This document shows, piece after piece, positions 36,898 through 49,685 of a stretch of 64,000 bases of DNA. Source of the stretch: Raja brachyura (Eukaryota); NCBI GenBank assembly GCA_963514005.1, contig OY740790.1, forward strand, positions 5,022,001 to 5,086,000. The letters are read 5' to 3'. The notes under the pieces are model-generated. The model worked only from the letters and a program-made list of their open reading frames with translations. It searched no databases and was not told the origin of the DNA. The position numbers were made by a program, and so were the translations under genes. The first letter of the stretch is position 1. Every line of letters starts with the position of its first letter.

Positions 36898-38049
36898 AGG
36901 GCCTGTCCCACCAGCATGCCACTCCATGCGGTGAGCGCGTCCTAACGTGGTCGCTTGAGTCGTCCGGCCTCGCGGGGCAGGTCCCACTTCAATTGCCGGA
37001 GCCGTATAGAGTTGTGCGGGGCTGGTCCCGACATCGCGCGGGCCTCCGAAAAACTGATCGTGTTCGAAAATTCCGCGCGGCAACGGCCTATCGGCCCGCA
37101 GTCGTCTCGACGCATTACGCACCGCCTCGACGTTGTGCCTCCGTGACCCTCTCTATTTGCCTCCGTGGCCCTCTCTCTGTGTGCCTCCGTGGCCCTCTCT
37201 ATATGTGTGCCTCCTTGACCCTCTATATGTGTGCCTCAGTGACCCTCTCTATATGTGCCTCTGTGACCCTCTCTCTGTGCCTCCGTGACCCTCTCTCTGT
37301 GCCTCCGTGACCCTCTCTCTGTGCCTCCGGGACCCTCTCTCTGTGCCTCCGGGACCCTCTCTCTGTGCCTCCGTGTCCCTCTCTGTGTGTCCCTCTCTGA
37401 CATTGCGAACTTACCGTGGACTTCGCGCCCATCGTGCCACTCACCTGACCTCCGCGCGGCCCCCGCTACCGGTTTAGTTGCGCTCGCCGCATGCAGGCGC
37501 ATGCTGGTGGGACCGGCCCTGTACGGGGATCACCCGACCTCCGTGCGGCCTCCGCTTCCAGAACAAAAGAATGCTTACTTGCGTTAAGGGCCTGTCCCAC
37601 CAGCATGCGACTCCATGCGGTGAGCGTGACCAAACCGGCAGCGGGGGCCGCGCGGAGATCGGGTGAGTGACGCGACGTGGCGCGAAGTTGGAGCGAAGTC
37701 CGCAGTAGGTTCGCAAGGACAGAGAGGGACACGGAGGCACGCAGAGAGAGGGCCATGGAGGCACACACAGAGAGGGCCATGGAGGCACATATAGAGAGGG
37801 TCACGGAGGCATGACGTCGAGGCGGTGCGCATGGCGTTGAGGCGGCTGTGGGCCGATAGGCCGTTGGCGCGCGGAATTTTTGAACACGGTCAGTTTTTCG
37901 GAGCCCTGCGCGATGTTGGGACCAGCTCCGCACAACTCCATAGGGCTCCGCCGATCGAAATGGGACCGGCCCCGCGAGGCCGGACGGCTCAAGCAACCAC
38001 GTTAGGTTGTGCTCACCGCATGGAGTCGCATGCTGGTGGCACAGGCCCT
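36898..38049. mobile_element. Compound PIF/Harbinger-type MITE (two inverted subunits)
   Basis: TTA|AGGGCCTGTCCCACCAGCATGC ... GCATGCTGGTGGCACAGGCCCT|TTA; internal termini at 37520 and 37587; 22-bp internal repeat. Confidence 0.85.
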
Positions 38050-38397
38050 TTACAGAGCAGAGTATTCCCATTGACAACGCAATGGAGTGGGAGAATGCCA
38101 AGTGCTGTGATCCATAGTGAAATGCTTATTACCATTTTGGTACAGCGTATTTTATACATGCCATTAGATATAACGAAAGGTAACATGGCATATTGAAGAC
38201 TTGCAACCCAAAGAGCCAAAGGCATTTCAGTGAGAATTTGCAGTGAGCTTTCATGCATCAAGGAATTAGTATATATTTAAAAATGTTTTGTTTAATTTAT
38301 ATTTGAATGCTTCATAATGTCAGGGCGATCAACATCGTTCCATGTCCTTGACAACATGAAAAGCTGGAGCGCTGTCTTGCTAGTTATCAGATATTAG

Positions 38398-38685
38398 GCC
38401 GACACAGCGGTAGAGCTGCTGTCTTTTATCGTCAAAGACCTGGGTTCAATCCTGACTACAGGTGCCGTGTGCAGAAGCTTGTATGTTCTCCCCGTGACCG
38501 TGTGGGTTTTCTCCAGGTACTCTGGTTTCCTCCCACATTCCAAAAACATACAGGTTTGTAGGTTAATTGGCTTTGGTAAAAATTGTAAATTGACCCTAGT
38601 GTGTAGGATAGTGCTAGTGTAAGGAGCTAAACGCCGGTCGGCGCTAACTCATTGGGATGAAGGACCTGTTTCCACACTGTCTAAA
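38398..38685 (+). mobile_element. HE1-like SINE
   Basis: tRNA-like head (agcggtagagc...gggttcaatcc) plus conserved body. Confidence 0.75.
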
Positions 38686-41024
38686 TCAGAGTTTTATTAT
38701 ATCTGATTTGTGGGGTTTTTAAGACCTGCCCACGATGCAGGCTGCCACTCTGGGTCCTGTCTATTCAGATATACGTAGCTTGTTTCCCTGCAAGTTGGGG
38801 ACAGAGATTCATACCTCAGAGAGAACACTAGCAGGCTACAAGTTTCAGTTCTGTATCTTTAGTTGCCGATGTAAATTTGATTGTAAACAAGTATAGTCTT
38901 TTCACTGAATGGATAGCAGGCAACAAAAAAGTGTTTCACCGTACCTCGGTACAAATGGTAATAAACTAAATTAAACTAAATACGGCTTTGGGAAGATTAC
39001 AGGACTAGCCCAACTAACACATCAAAATACTAAGTAAATAATGTGAAGACAACACAAGAACATATTCATTTAATAAAGGTACAACATGGAAACTGGCCCT
39101 TCGCCTACCAAGTCCACACTGACCATTAATTACCCGTTCATCTTTGTTATCCCACTTTTGCATTCACTCTCCCAGCTGCCCTCAAAGGGATTTGAGAAAA
39201 CAAAATCACTGGAGCATTTCCTGAAATTATTTGACTTATTAAAGGACTAGAATGGTTAAAAGCAAATGTGAAAAATCCTCCACATTAACTTTGTTTCCCT
39301 TTGCAGAGTAATTACAGAGTCATGTAATAATTGTTTTCCCTCAGTTCATCTGCAATATAAATTGTTGCTGACTCCTCCAGCCAGCTGTGTTGTAGTATAA
39401 GGCATTGTTTTGGAATGTATATCTTTCATTCAGTCACTTTGTGTTTTGCTCCCAGCTTCAGAACCAATTAGACTTTGCGGTGACTTTTTAAATTCAGGGG
39501 TTGAAATCGACCTCTGGATTACTTGAGTTCTTCGTTCAGGAAGCCAGCGATTCATCGGAGGAGTTGAAAGGCCACTGACAAATATTTTTGGGTTTCTGGC
39601 GCAGTGCTCAGTTACGCCCCTACCTCCGCTCAGCTTCCTCCCCTACTCGCTTCCTTCCACTTCTCTGAAGCAAAGGAATTTAAACTGGCATGGTATGGGG
39701 TGGTACTTTATTTATCCCATGTACCGAGTACAGTGAAATTTATTTTTGTACACAGTTCAGTACATATCACCATACATAAGCACATGGATACATGTTAGAT
39801 AAACATCTCAGATGGAGTACAAATGAATAGCAGTAGTACACTGAGACAGTACACAGTGTCGCCAGTTTGGCCCCATTTTCAAGTCCCAGTTGTTGTAAGT
39901 GCAGGGATCTTGACCTGACCATGAAGCTCTGTTGTCCTGGCGGCGTTGCAGGGTCGGCCTGGCCAAGCGTAGCTGTTGCTGCTGTAGGCCGTGTGTTGTC
40001 CACGTGCTCATTATATGTGCTTTCAGAAGTTGCAGGTGAATTCTACACATTGCCACATATTGTGCTGCTGTAACGCTCCAGTACACTTTCTGTCCCTTCT
40101 CTGAACCAAAAGAATTTAAACTACAGATCATTATATGTGCTTTCTGAAGCTCCAGGTGAATGATACACTTTGCTACATATTGTGTTGCTTCACTGTACTT
40201 ACCTCTCCATCTTCAGCTCTGGTCTCATGGAATGACAGAGCTGTCTTTTGAGGAAAGATTTAGTGAATAGGATTTATTTTCACTCCAGTTTAAATGAGTG
40301 AGAGGTTTAGTTTAGTTTAAAGATACAGTGTGGATGCAGACCCTTCAGCCCACACAATACAATACAATACAATAAGGTTTTATTTGTCACATTGCACATA
40401 AAGTGCAAGTGAAATGAATTTGCCAGCAGCATACAATGATAAGGAACACCCTAAACACACTAAAATGTTAACATAATCATCCACCACAGCATTCATCACT
40501 GTGGTGGAAGGCACAAAATTTGGCCAGTCCTCCTCCATTACCCCCCAGAAAGACCACGTCAATCCTTGCTGTTGGGCCACGGGGGAGGAGACCTGGAAAA
40601 AGTCACCTCTCCGTGGATGAGGTGACCGAAACGGTTTCCCCCTTACCCCCCCCCCCCCACACAACCCCCCACATAAGACACACAAAGAAACATTAAAACA
40701 TACTTTCAAACAAACTAAAAAAAATTAATAAAGTTGAAAAGTCTAACACGCTGCTGACAGGGCTGCCGGCTTGCAGCGCCCCCACTGACCATGGAGTCCA
40801 CACAGAGCAATAATCACCCGTCCACCAATCGTAAGTTATCCCAGTTTCGTGGTAATATTGGCCATTTTGGGTGCCTGACGAAATGGAGGATTTCTGCTTT
40901 TGTAAAGCCTGCTTGACATCTTATGAAAAAGCTGCAAAGACCATGAGGATCATGGCTCCAGAGTGTCTGTGGCCTGGGGCGAGGTTGTATAAATGTTGAT
41001 GTCCACATGGCCTTTAATTGTTAA

Positions 41025-43370
41025 TTAGACTAAGTGGGACCTGTTGGGTCCCATGTTCACAAGGGAGGGCTGGTCCCCCAAATCAATGTTCCACCTCTCC
41101 ACCAATTCCAATATTGGTGGCCAGTGGGGGGGAGGGGGCTTCCTGGAGCGCTAGTATGGGTGTTGTGGGCCAAAGGGACTGTTTTTAAAAGGGCTAGTAC
41201 GGACATTGTGGGCCAAATGGATTATTGGGCTGGCAACTCAGTCACTCAGGACTGGTGGGCTGGCAGCTCAGTCATTCAGGCCTGGTGGGCTGGCAGCTCA
41301 GTCACTCAGGCCTGGTGGGCTGGCAGCTCAGAAACTGCCATAGATTCTGACCAAAACAGGTGTAGTGTGAGAGAGAAGCGGGAAAGGGTGGAGAATCATC
41401 ACAGCAATGAGGGAGGAAAATCTATCCTGGCCTGTATCTCACAGGGATCCAATGAAGCAAGGGAGAAAAACACTGGGGTGAGGATTAATACTTGCAGGGG
41501 GAATACATACTGATGGGCCAAAAGGATTCCTCCTGGGCTAGTGCAGGCTGGATGGGCAGAAGTGGCTCTTTTAAAAAAAAATCTGAGTGGAATCTCAGTG
41601 AAAGGTACTTTTTCTGGACTTTTCCTGTCCTGGCCAGGGCCTTTTGGGCCAAAATGAACCCCCTGGGCTAATATGGGCATCTAGGGAAAAGGGGAGTGGT
41701 TTCTCAGCTAATTGGGGCCTTGTGGGCCAAAATTAGTGGTTTCAGGCAGCTCATTGCATTTTCATTTAATTTCCATTTCCATTGTGGTTTCAAGCACAAG
41801 GCAGGCTGAAGAGCTCACTGCATTTTCATTTTACTTCCATTGCTATTGCGGTTTCAAGCACAGGGCAGGCTGAAGAGCTCATTGCATTTTCATTTTACTT
41901 CCATTGCCATTGCGCTTTCAAGCACAGCGCAGGCCGAATAGCTCATTGCATTTCCATTACATTTCCACTGCCATAGCAGTTTCAAGGACAGGACAGGCCA
42001 AGCCAAACAGCTCATTGCATTTTCATTTCACTTCCACTGCCATTGCAGTTTCAAGGACTTGGCATGCCAAGCCAAACAGCTCATTGTATTTTAATTTCAC
42101 TTCCACTGCCATTGCAGTCTCGAGGACCGGGCAGGCCAAGCCAAACAGCTGATTGCATTACATTTCACTTCTACTGCCATTGAAGTTTCAAGGACAGGGC
42201 AGGCCAAGCCAAACAGCTGATTGCATTTTCATTTCACTTCCATTGCCATTGCAGTTTCAAGGACAGGGCATGCCAAGCCAAACAGTTCATTGTATTTTAA
42301 TTTCACTTCCACTGCCATTGCAGTTTCAAGGACAGGGCATGCCAAGCCAAACAGTTCATTGTATTTTAATTTCACTTCCACTGCCATTGCAGTCTCGAGG
42401 ACCGGGCAGGCCAAGCCAAACAGCTGATTGCATTACATTTCACTTCCACTGCCATTGAAGTTTCAAGGACAGGGCAGGCCAAGCCAAACAGCTGATTGCA
42501 TTTTCATTTCACTTCCACTGCCATTGCAGTTTCAAGGACAGGGCAGGCCAAGTCAAACAGCTCATTGCATTTTCATTTCACTTCCATTGCCATTGCAGTT
42601 TCAAGGACAGGGCATGCCAAGCCAAACAGTTCATTGTATTTTAATTTCACTTCCACTGCCATTGCAGTCTCGAGGACCGGGCAGGCCAAGCCAAACAGCT
42701 GATTGCATTACATTTCACTTCCACTGCCATTGAAGTTTCAAGGACAGGGCAGGCCAAGCCAAACAGCTGATTGCATTTTCATTTCACTTCCACTGCCATT
42801 GCAGTTTCAAGGACAGGGCAGGCCAAGTCAAACAGCTCATAGCATTTTCATTTCACTTCCATTGCCATTGCAGTTTCAAGGACTGGGCAGGCCGAGCCAA
42901 ACAGCTCATTGCATTTTCATTTCACTTCCATTGCCATTGCACTTTCAAGCACAGCGCAGGCCAAACAACTCATTTCATTTTCATTAAGGGCTAACAAATC
43001 ATTTATTGCAAGTACATTGCAGACTCACAATTCAGTTGATTCACAGCTTAGAATGGGAGTCGTGGCCTCTCCTTCACAATCTTGCAGAGTGACTGAGTCA
43101 CGTCCAGGCATCTGGGGTTTTATAGGCCTTCCCCCCGGAAGGGGCATTACCTTCATCGCGGTGATTGACAGGCGAGATGATCACAAGGTTTTTTAAACAT
43201 TCATAACTTTTTTATTTTCATCGATGGGAAAAATCCTCAGTGCCTGATCAGCGGAGGAGGACTGTGAGTAAGATGGCCAAAAATCATAAGAGTATATGAT
43301 AGCGTTATTTCCAAAATCAATGTACAGCGCAGACAGGAAGAGATCAAGATGAGACTTTTAATTATATAGA
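41025..43370 (-). mobile_element. Non-autonomous Helitron, copy 2, carrying a satellite array
   Basis: Same termini as copy 1 (TCTATATAATTAAAAGTCTC...; GGGACCC-aac-AGGTCCC hairpin, ACTTAGTCTAA). Confidence 0.78.
41745..42985 (+). repeat. 68-69 bp tandem repeat with a 275-bp higher-order period
   Basis: gcaggccaagccaaacagctcattgcattttcatttcacttccactgccattgcagtttcaaggacagg; near-identical ORF starts at 42153, 42428, 42703. Confidence 0.9.
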
Positions 43371-44644
43371 TTATGGTCTTGCTATCGTGTTTGGCACGGC
43401 TATTGTGGGCCGAAGGGCCAGTACCTGTCCTGCACTGTTCAGTTTCAGCCACCTTTTTTCAGTGTGGAAATGTCAAAGAGCACAGGACGTAGCTTTAAGG
43501 AGAGAAGGGCATAATTTAAAGATGTTCAGTGCTAGTTTTTTTTATATACAATGTTGTGGGTGCCTGGAACACACTGCCAGAGATGGTGGTGAAGGCAGAT
43601 AAGTGGTGTTTAAGAGGCCTTTAAATGGGCAGCATGGTGTCACAGCGGTAGAGTCGGTGCCTTACAGCACAAGAGACCCGGGTTCGAACCGGACTAAGGG
43701 TGCTGTTTGTGCAGAGTTTGTACATTCTTGCAATGACCTCTGTAATCCATTTCCTCCAGCAACTGTACTGCTGTGCCACTGTGTCACGACTTGTGTTGAA
43801 GTTGATACTACAGCAGCTAAATGGCCAGAACACCAAATTAATAACACGATCATTAATAATAATAACATTAATAACCTCAAGTAAAAACGGTTATGGGCAC
43901 ATCGGGAAAAAAACAATAGAACACAATTAATTAGATGTATTAACTTTTTGCTTTGAAAACTTTTGGCATGGGCATAGTAATGCATTCGCACAAGATCAAT
44001 GGCAAATTGCACTTATTGCCTCTCATTTAATCCACTATTAGGTGTCTTTGGTTCCAAGTCTGTTTTTAAACTTCACATGCCAACATTTCCAATTTATCTT
44101 AACATTACTAGAATGCTGTTCCTTCTTTCAACTGAGAGTGGAGCTATTTTCAAGGTACACCTAGACTTGCTGGACATTCATTTAGAATCTGGGCTTTTCC
44201 ACAACAAACCAATGCAACATTTCAGGTCTCGACCCAAAACGTGACCTCCATGTTCTCCAGAGGTGCTAACTGAAGGGCTGAGTTACTCCAGCACTTTGTG
44301 TCTTTTGTTTTGTAAACCAGCACTTGCAGTTCTTTGCTTCTAAATTAATCTATACTCCAACGTACATTTTAAAGGTGGAGATTGACAGATTCTTGATTGG
44401 TACGGTTGGTATGGGGAGAAGGGGGGAGAATGGGATCGAGAGGGAGAGATAGATCAGTCATGATTGAACGGTGGAGTAGACTTGATGGGCCGAATGGCCT
44501 AATTCTGCTCCACCTTCTAAGTCTCGAACCTAAATGCTGCCTATTCGACTTCAGAGTTGTTGCCTGACCTGCTGAATCACTTCAGCACGCTTTTATTTAA
44601 ACATGGGCTTGTACTTCCTTCAGTCTTGAAAGCATAATATTATG

Positions 44645-45160
44645 CCATAGAGGGAGTGCAGCGAAGGTTCACCAGACTGATTCCTGGGATGTCAGGACTG
44701 TCTTATGAACAAAGACTGCATAGACTCGGTTTATACTCTCTAGAATTCAGGAGATTGAGAGGGGATCTTATAGAAACTTACAAGATTCTTAAGGGGTTGG
44801 ACAGGCTAGATGCAGGAAGATTGTTCCCGATGTTGGGGAGGTCCAGGACAAGGGGTCACAGCTTAAGGATAAGGGGGAAATCCTTTAGGACCGAGATGAG
44901 AAGGAATTTTTTTCACACAGAGAGTGGTGGGTCTCTGGAACTCTCTGCCACAGAGGGTAGTTGAGGCCAGTTCATTGGCTATATTTAAGAGGGAGTTAGA
45001 TGTGGCCCTTGTGGCTAAGGGGATCAGTGGGTATGGAGAGAAGGCAGGTACGGGATACTGAGTTGGACGATCAGCCATGATCATATTGAATGGCGGTGCA
45101 GGCTCGAAGGGCCGAATGGCCTACTCCTGCACCTAATTTCTATGTTTCAATGTTTCTATT
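44645..45160 (+). mobile_element. CR1 LINE 3' end (young; similar to 1-640)
   Basis: ORF 44656..44964 and ctatgtttc tail. Confidence 0.9.
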
Positions 45161-45479
45161 AGTCCTCCTCTAGACTGAACTGTTGATGCCTGCCTTTCCT
45201 CTTGATGCTAAATGTCTATGTAAACAAACCGCAAAAAATGCAAACTGTAAATAAGTCAATGTTCTCCAGAGATGCTGCCTGGCCCCTTGCGTTACTCCAG
45301 CACTCTGTTGTTGTTTTGCTGCAAAATCATAGGTTAGGTTGATGTGGAGTCTGCCTTCCCAAGTGAGTCAGATTATCAGGATCTCTTATCTCGAGCGCTT
45401 CAATACGGACATGTTCTCTCTCACAGTTCGGTGCCAAATGACATGTATAAATCATCCAGTTGGCAGTAAATTCTCCTCT

Positions 45480-45970
45480 NNNNNNNNNNNNNNNNNNNNN
45501 NNNNNNNNNNNNNNNNNNNNNNNNNNNNNNNNNNNNNNNNNNNNNNNNNNNNNNNNNNNNNNNNNNNNNNNNNNNNNNNNNNNNNNNNNNNNNNNNNNNN
45601 NNNNNNNNNNNNNNNNNNNNNNNNNNNNNNNNNNNNNNNNNNNNNNNNNNNNNNNNNNNNNNNNNNNNNNNNNNNNNNNNNNNNNNNNNNNNNNNNNNNN
45701 NNNNNNNNNNNNNNNNNNNNNNNNNNNNNNNNNNNNNNNNNNNNNNNNNNNNNNNNNNNNNNNNNNNNNNNNNNNNNNNNNNNNNNNNNNNNNNNNNNNN
45801 NNNNNNNNNNNNNNNNNNNNNNNNNNNNNNNNNNNNNNNNNNNNNNNNNNNNNNNNNNNNNNNNNNNNNNNNNNNNNNNNNNNNNNNNNNNNNNNNNNNN
45901 NNNNNNNNNNNNNNNNNNNNNNNNNNNNNNNNNNNNNNNNNNNNNNNNNNNNNNNNNNNNNNNNNNNNNN
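45480..45970. other. Assembly gap (N run)
   Basis: Run of N. Confidence 1.
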
Positions 45971-46039
45971 GACTGCAGTAGTGCCACGACTTCTGCGTAG
46001 GAATTTAACATTCCAAGACTAGTCGTAGATTCGAACGAC

Positions 46040-47160
46040 ACCACTGGAGGACAGAGGATCTAAGGGGGTCGAGGAACTGAAAGAAATTTTCATTGGCCGG
46101 GAAATAGTATTGGGGAGCCTAATGGGACTGAAGGATAATAAATTCCCGGGGCCTGATGGACTGCATCCCAAGGTCCTCAGGGAGGTGGCTCTAGAAATAG
46201 TGGATGCATTGGTGATCATTTTCCACTGTTCAATAGATTCAGGATCAGTTCCTGGGGATTGGAGGATAGCTAATGTTATCCCACATTTCAAGAAAGGAGC
46301 GAGAGAGAAAACGGGGAATTACATGCCAGTTAGCCTGACTTCGGTGGTGGGAAAAATGCTGGAGTCAATTATTAAAGAGGTAATAATGGGGCATTTGGAT
46401 AGCAGTAAAATGATTAGTCCAAGTCAGCATGGATTTATGAAAGGAAAATCATGCTTGACTAATCTTCTGGAATTTTGTGAGGATGTGACAAGTAAAATGG
46501 ATGAAGGGGAGCCAGTGGATTCAGATTCAGATTCAGATTCAGATTCAATTTAATTGTCATTGTCAGTGTACAGTACAGAGACAACGAAATGCATTAGACA
46601 ACGAAATGCATGTAGTGTTTCTAGACTTTCAGAAAGTCTTTGATTCAGTATAGGAGTAGAGAGGTTCTTCTGCAGTTGTATAGGGCTATGGTAAGACCAC
46701 ATCTGGAGTATTGCATACAGTTTTGGTCTCCTAATTTGTGGACGGACATCCTTGTGTTTGAGGCAGTGCAGCATAGGTTCACGAGATTGTTCCCTGGGAT
46801 GGCGTGACTGTCATATGAGGAAAGATTGAAAAGATTAGGCTTGTATTCACTGGAGTTTAGAAGGATGAGGGGGAATCTTATAGAAACAAATAAAATTATA
46901 AAAGGACTGGACAAGCTAGATGCAGGAAAATGTTCCCAATGTTGGGCGAGTCCAGAACCAGGGGCCACAGTCTTAGAATAAAGGGCAGGCCATTGAAGAC
47001 TGAGGTGAGAAAAAACTTTTTCACCCAGAGAGTTGTGAATTTGTGGAATTCCCTGCCACAGAGGGCAGTGGAGGCCAAATCAATGGATGGATTTAAGAGA
47101 GAGTTAGATAGAGCTCTAGGGGCTAGTGGAATCAAGGGATGTGGGGAGAAGGCAGGCACA
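46040..47160 (+). mobile_element. CR1 LINE RT fragments split by a (GATTCA)n-tailed insertion
   Basis: PGPDGLHPKVLRE...QHGFMKGKSCLTNLLEF; later NFFTQRVVNLWNSLP. Confidence 0.88.
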
Positions 47161-47389
47161 GATATTTGGCTTCAAACCAGAGATGGGATGAGGCTGGAAA
47201 TGTTCCAGCGAGCAGGTGGGGCAATTTAGGGCAAAATCATTCTTGATACCTGATGTCGCTCAATGTACTGTGGGTTTCTTATTTTAGTTCCTGATCTAAC
47301 GAGAAGCAATAAAGTGCACTCTGGTCCTAGTCTCTTCCACTAGTGGAAACATCCTCCCCACATCCACTCTATCCAGGCCTTTCACTATA

Positions 47390-47960
47390 TGGAGGGGTAA
47401 GGTGTGAAAAGGTGAGATCAAAGCAGATCGTGATAAGGAAATGTAGAATGGTTCATTGTTAGCTGAGGGGAAGGTGACAACGAGGCATACAGTCAATAAT
47501 ATTTAATCAGGAGGACAGTGAAACTAGTCAGAGAACTAGGGTGGGGGAGGGACGGAGAGAGTGGGAAAGCAAGGGTTACTTGAAGCTAGAGAACTCAATA
47601 GTCAGGGGCACACAAAAGGCTGGAGAAACTCAGCGGGTGCAGCAGCATCTAAGGAGCGAAGGAGATAGGCGACATTTCGGGTCGAGACCCTTCTTCAGAC
47701 TGGTTAGGGATCAGGGAAACGAGAGATATAGACGGTGATGTGGAGAGATAAAGAACTCAATAGTCATACCGCTGGGGTGTAAGCTGCCCAAGCACAATAT
47801 GAGATGCTGTTCCTCCAATTTGCGCTAGGCCTCACCCTGACAGTGCAGGAGGTGCAGGACAGAAAGGTCAGTGTGGGAATGGGTGGGGTAGTTAAAGTGT
47901 TAAGCAACAAGGAGATCGGGTAGGCCTAGGCGGACTGAGCGGTGGTGTTCAGCGAGAGAG
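47390..47960 (-). mobile_element. Penelope-like element fragments (nested)
   Basis: Reverse complement of the 36405-36865 sequence; hammerhead-like motif at 47671-47700. Confidence 0.7.
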
Positions 47961-48367
47961 TTGCATGTTAGCCCTCTGCAAACTTTAAAACCCAATGAGT
48001 TGTTCCTTCTCCATTTGGCAAATCAAGTCCTCTCCGTCATTCAATCATATCTGGATTGGCATGGCTTAGAACATCAGAACAACCCTCTGGCACTGCCACT
48101 GAATTCTCAGGGACTACAAAGGGAAAATGCACTCCACGAATCCCTCTGCGTGCTTTATATCTGTTGGTTACGCTGTTCAGATTTGTCAAATATTGAATTG
48201 CATTTCAACAGTGGAGTCTTTAGGTTTATAGAGTCAAGTGTGAAACTGTTAAAGCAGAAGTATTTTCGTGCCAGGAACAAACTACACACGCTTTGACTGT
48301 AGACAACTCTCATTTGGTAAATGTCAAAAATATTCTGCTGCTTTTTAAGTATTTTTCCCCAACAAGG

Positions 48368-48650
48368 TAGGGTGGCGCAATGGTAGAGTTGCTGCCTCAC
48401 AACATTGGAGACACGGGTTCAATCCTGACAACGGGTGCTGTCTGTACAGAGTTTGTACGTTCTTCCCGTGTCCCGCATGGGTTTTCTCCGGGTGCTCTGG
48501 TTTCCTCCCACACTCCAAAGATGTACAGGTTTGTAGGATAATTGGCTTTGATAAAAAGTCCCCAGTGTTTAGGATAGTGCAGGTATACAGGTGAATGCTG
48601 GTCGGCGTGGACTCGGTGGGCCAAAGGGCCCGTTGTCACATGGATCTCAA
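48368..48650 (+). mobile_element. HE1-like SINE
   Basis: ggtggcgcaatggtagagttgctgcc...gggttcaatcc head plus body. Confidence 0.78.
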
Positions 48651-49164
48651 AACAAAAACACTTGAGATTTAATATTGTTTGGCTTTTATTCCTTGACAGA
48701 TCTAAGTATGATTAAGACAACCCCTTGTCCCCTGGGTTGATCAAATGAATGGGTGTAATTGCCTTGGACCCTCCCCCACCTGCCCTTCACTTCTGGAGTA
48801 ATAGAATCAAACTCATAACTTTTGGAAACATCTTCCTTTAGTTTAGTTTCTACAAGTGGGGTTTAATTCAATGCAGATTTAACTTTCTCCTGTGAAGCAT
48901 TATCTTGTCCATCACTCGGGTTTCATCAACGTATTTCATTTCTTGAACTGTCAACAGTTTCATGTTGACAGCAAAGTTGGAGCTTGTGTGCATTGGCAAT
49001 GTAGCTCTTTCATGTGAGCAAGACACCAGCCAGACCATGAAGGAACAGAGTGCTGGAGTAACTCAGCGGGTCAAGCAGCATCTCTGGAAAACATGGATGC
49101 GTGACGTTTTCGTTCGGGACCCTTTTTCAGGACTAGACATCAACGAGTTCTGGACTCACCATGA

Positions 49165-49685
49165 CATAGAAACATAGAAAATAGATGCAGGAAATTGGCC
49201 ATTCGGCCCTTCGAGCCAGCACCACCTTTCAATGGCTGATCATCCAAAATCAATACTCCGTTCCTGCTATCTCACCATATCCCTTGATTCAGTTTGCCAT
49301 AAGAGCCACATTCAACTCTCTCTTGAAAACATCCAGTGAATTGGCCTCCACTGCCTTCTGTGGCAGAGAACTCCACAGATATTCTGCGTGAAAAAGTTTT
49401 CTCTCATCTCAGTGCAAAATGGCCTAACCCTTATTCTTAAACCGTGACCCCTGGTTCTGGGCTCCCCCAACATCGAGAACATTGTTGCTGCATCTAGACT
49501 GTTCAATCCTTTAAGAATTTTATATGTTTCTATAAGATCCCCTCTCATCCTTCTGAATTCCAGCGAATATAAGCCCATTCGACCCATTCTTTCATCACAT
49601 GTCTGTCCCGCCATCCCGGGAATTAACCTGGTGAACCTACGCTGCAATCCCTCAATAGCAAGAATATCCTTCTTCAAATTAGGAA
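49165..49685 (-). mobile_element. CR1 LINE 3' fragment
   Basis: ORF 49312..49677; catagaaa tail. Confidence 0.88.

Noticed and set aside
45339-46044. ORFs spanning the N run
   Set aside because: Gap artefacts. The gap also makes linkage between the Ig cluster and the RGL1-like locus unverified.
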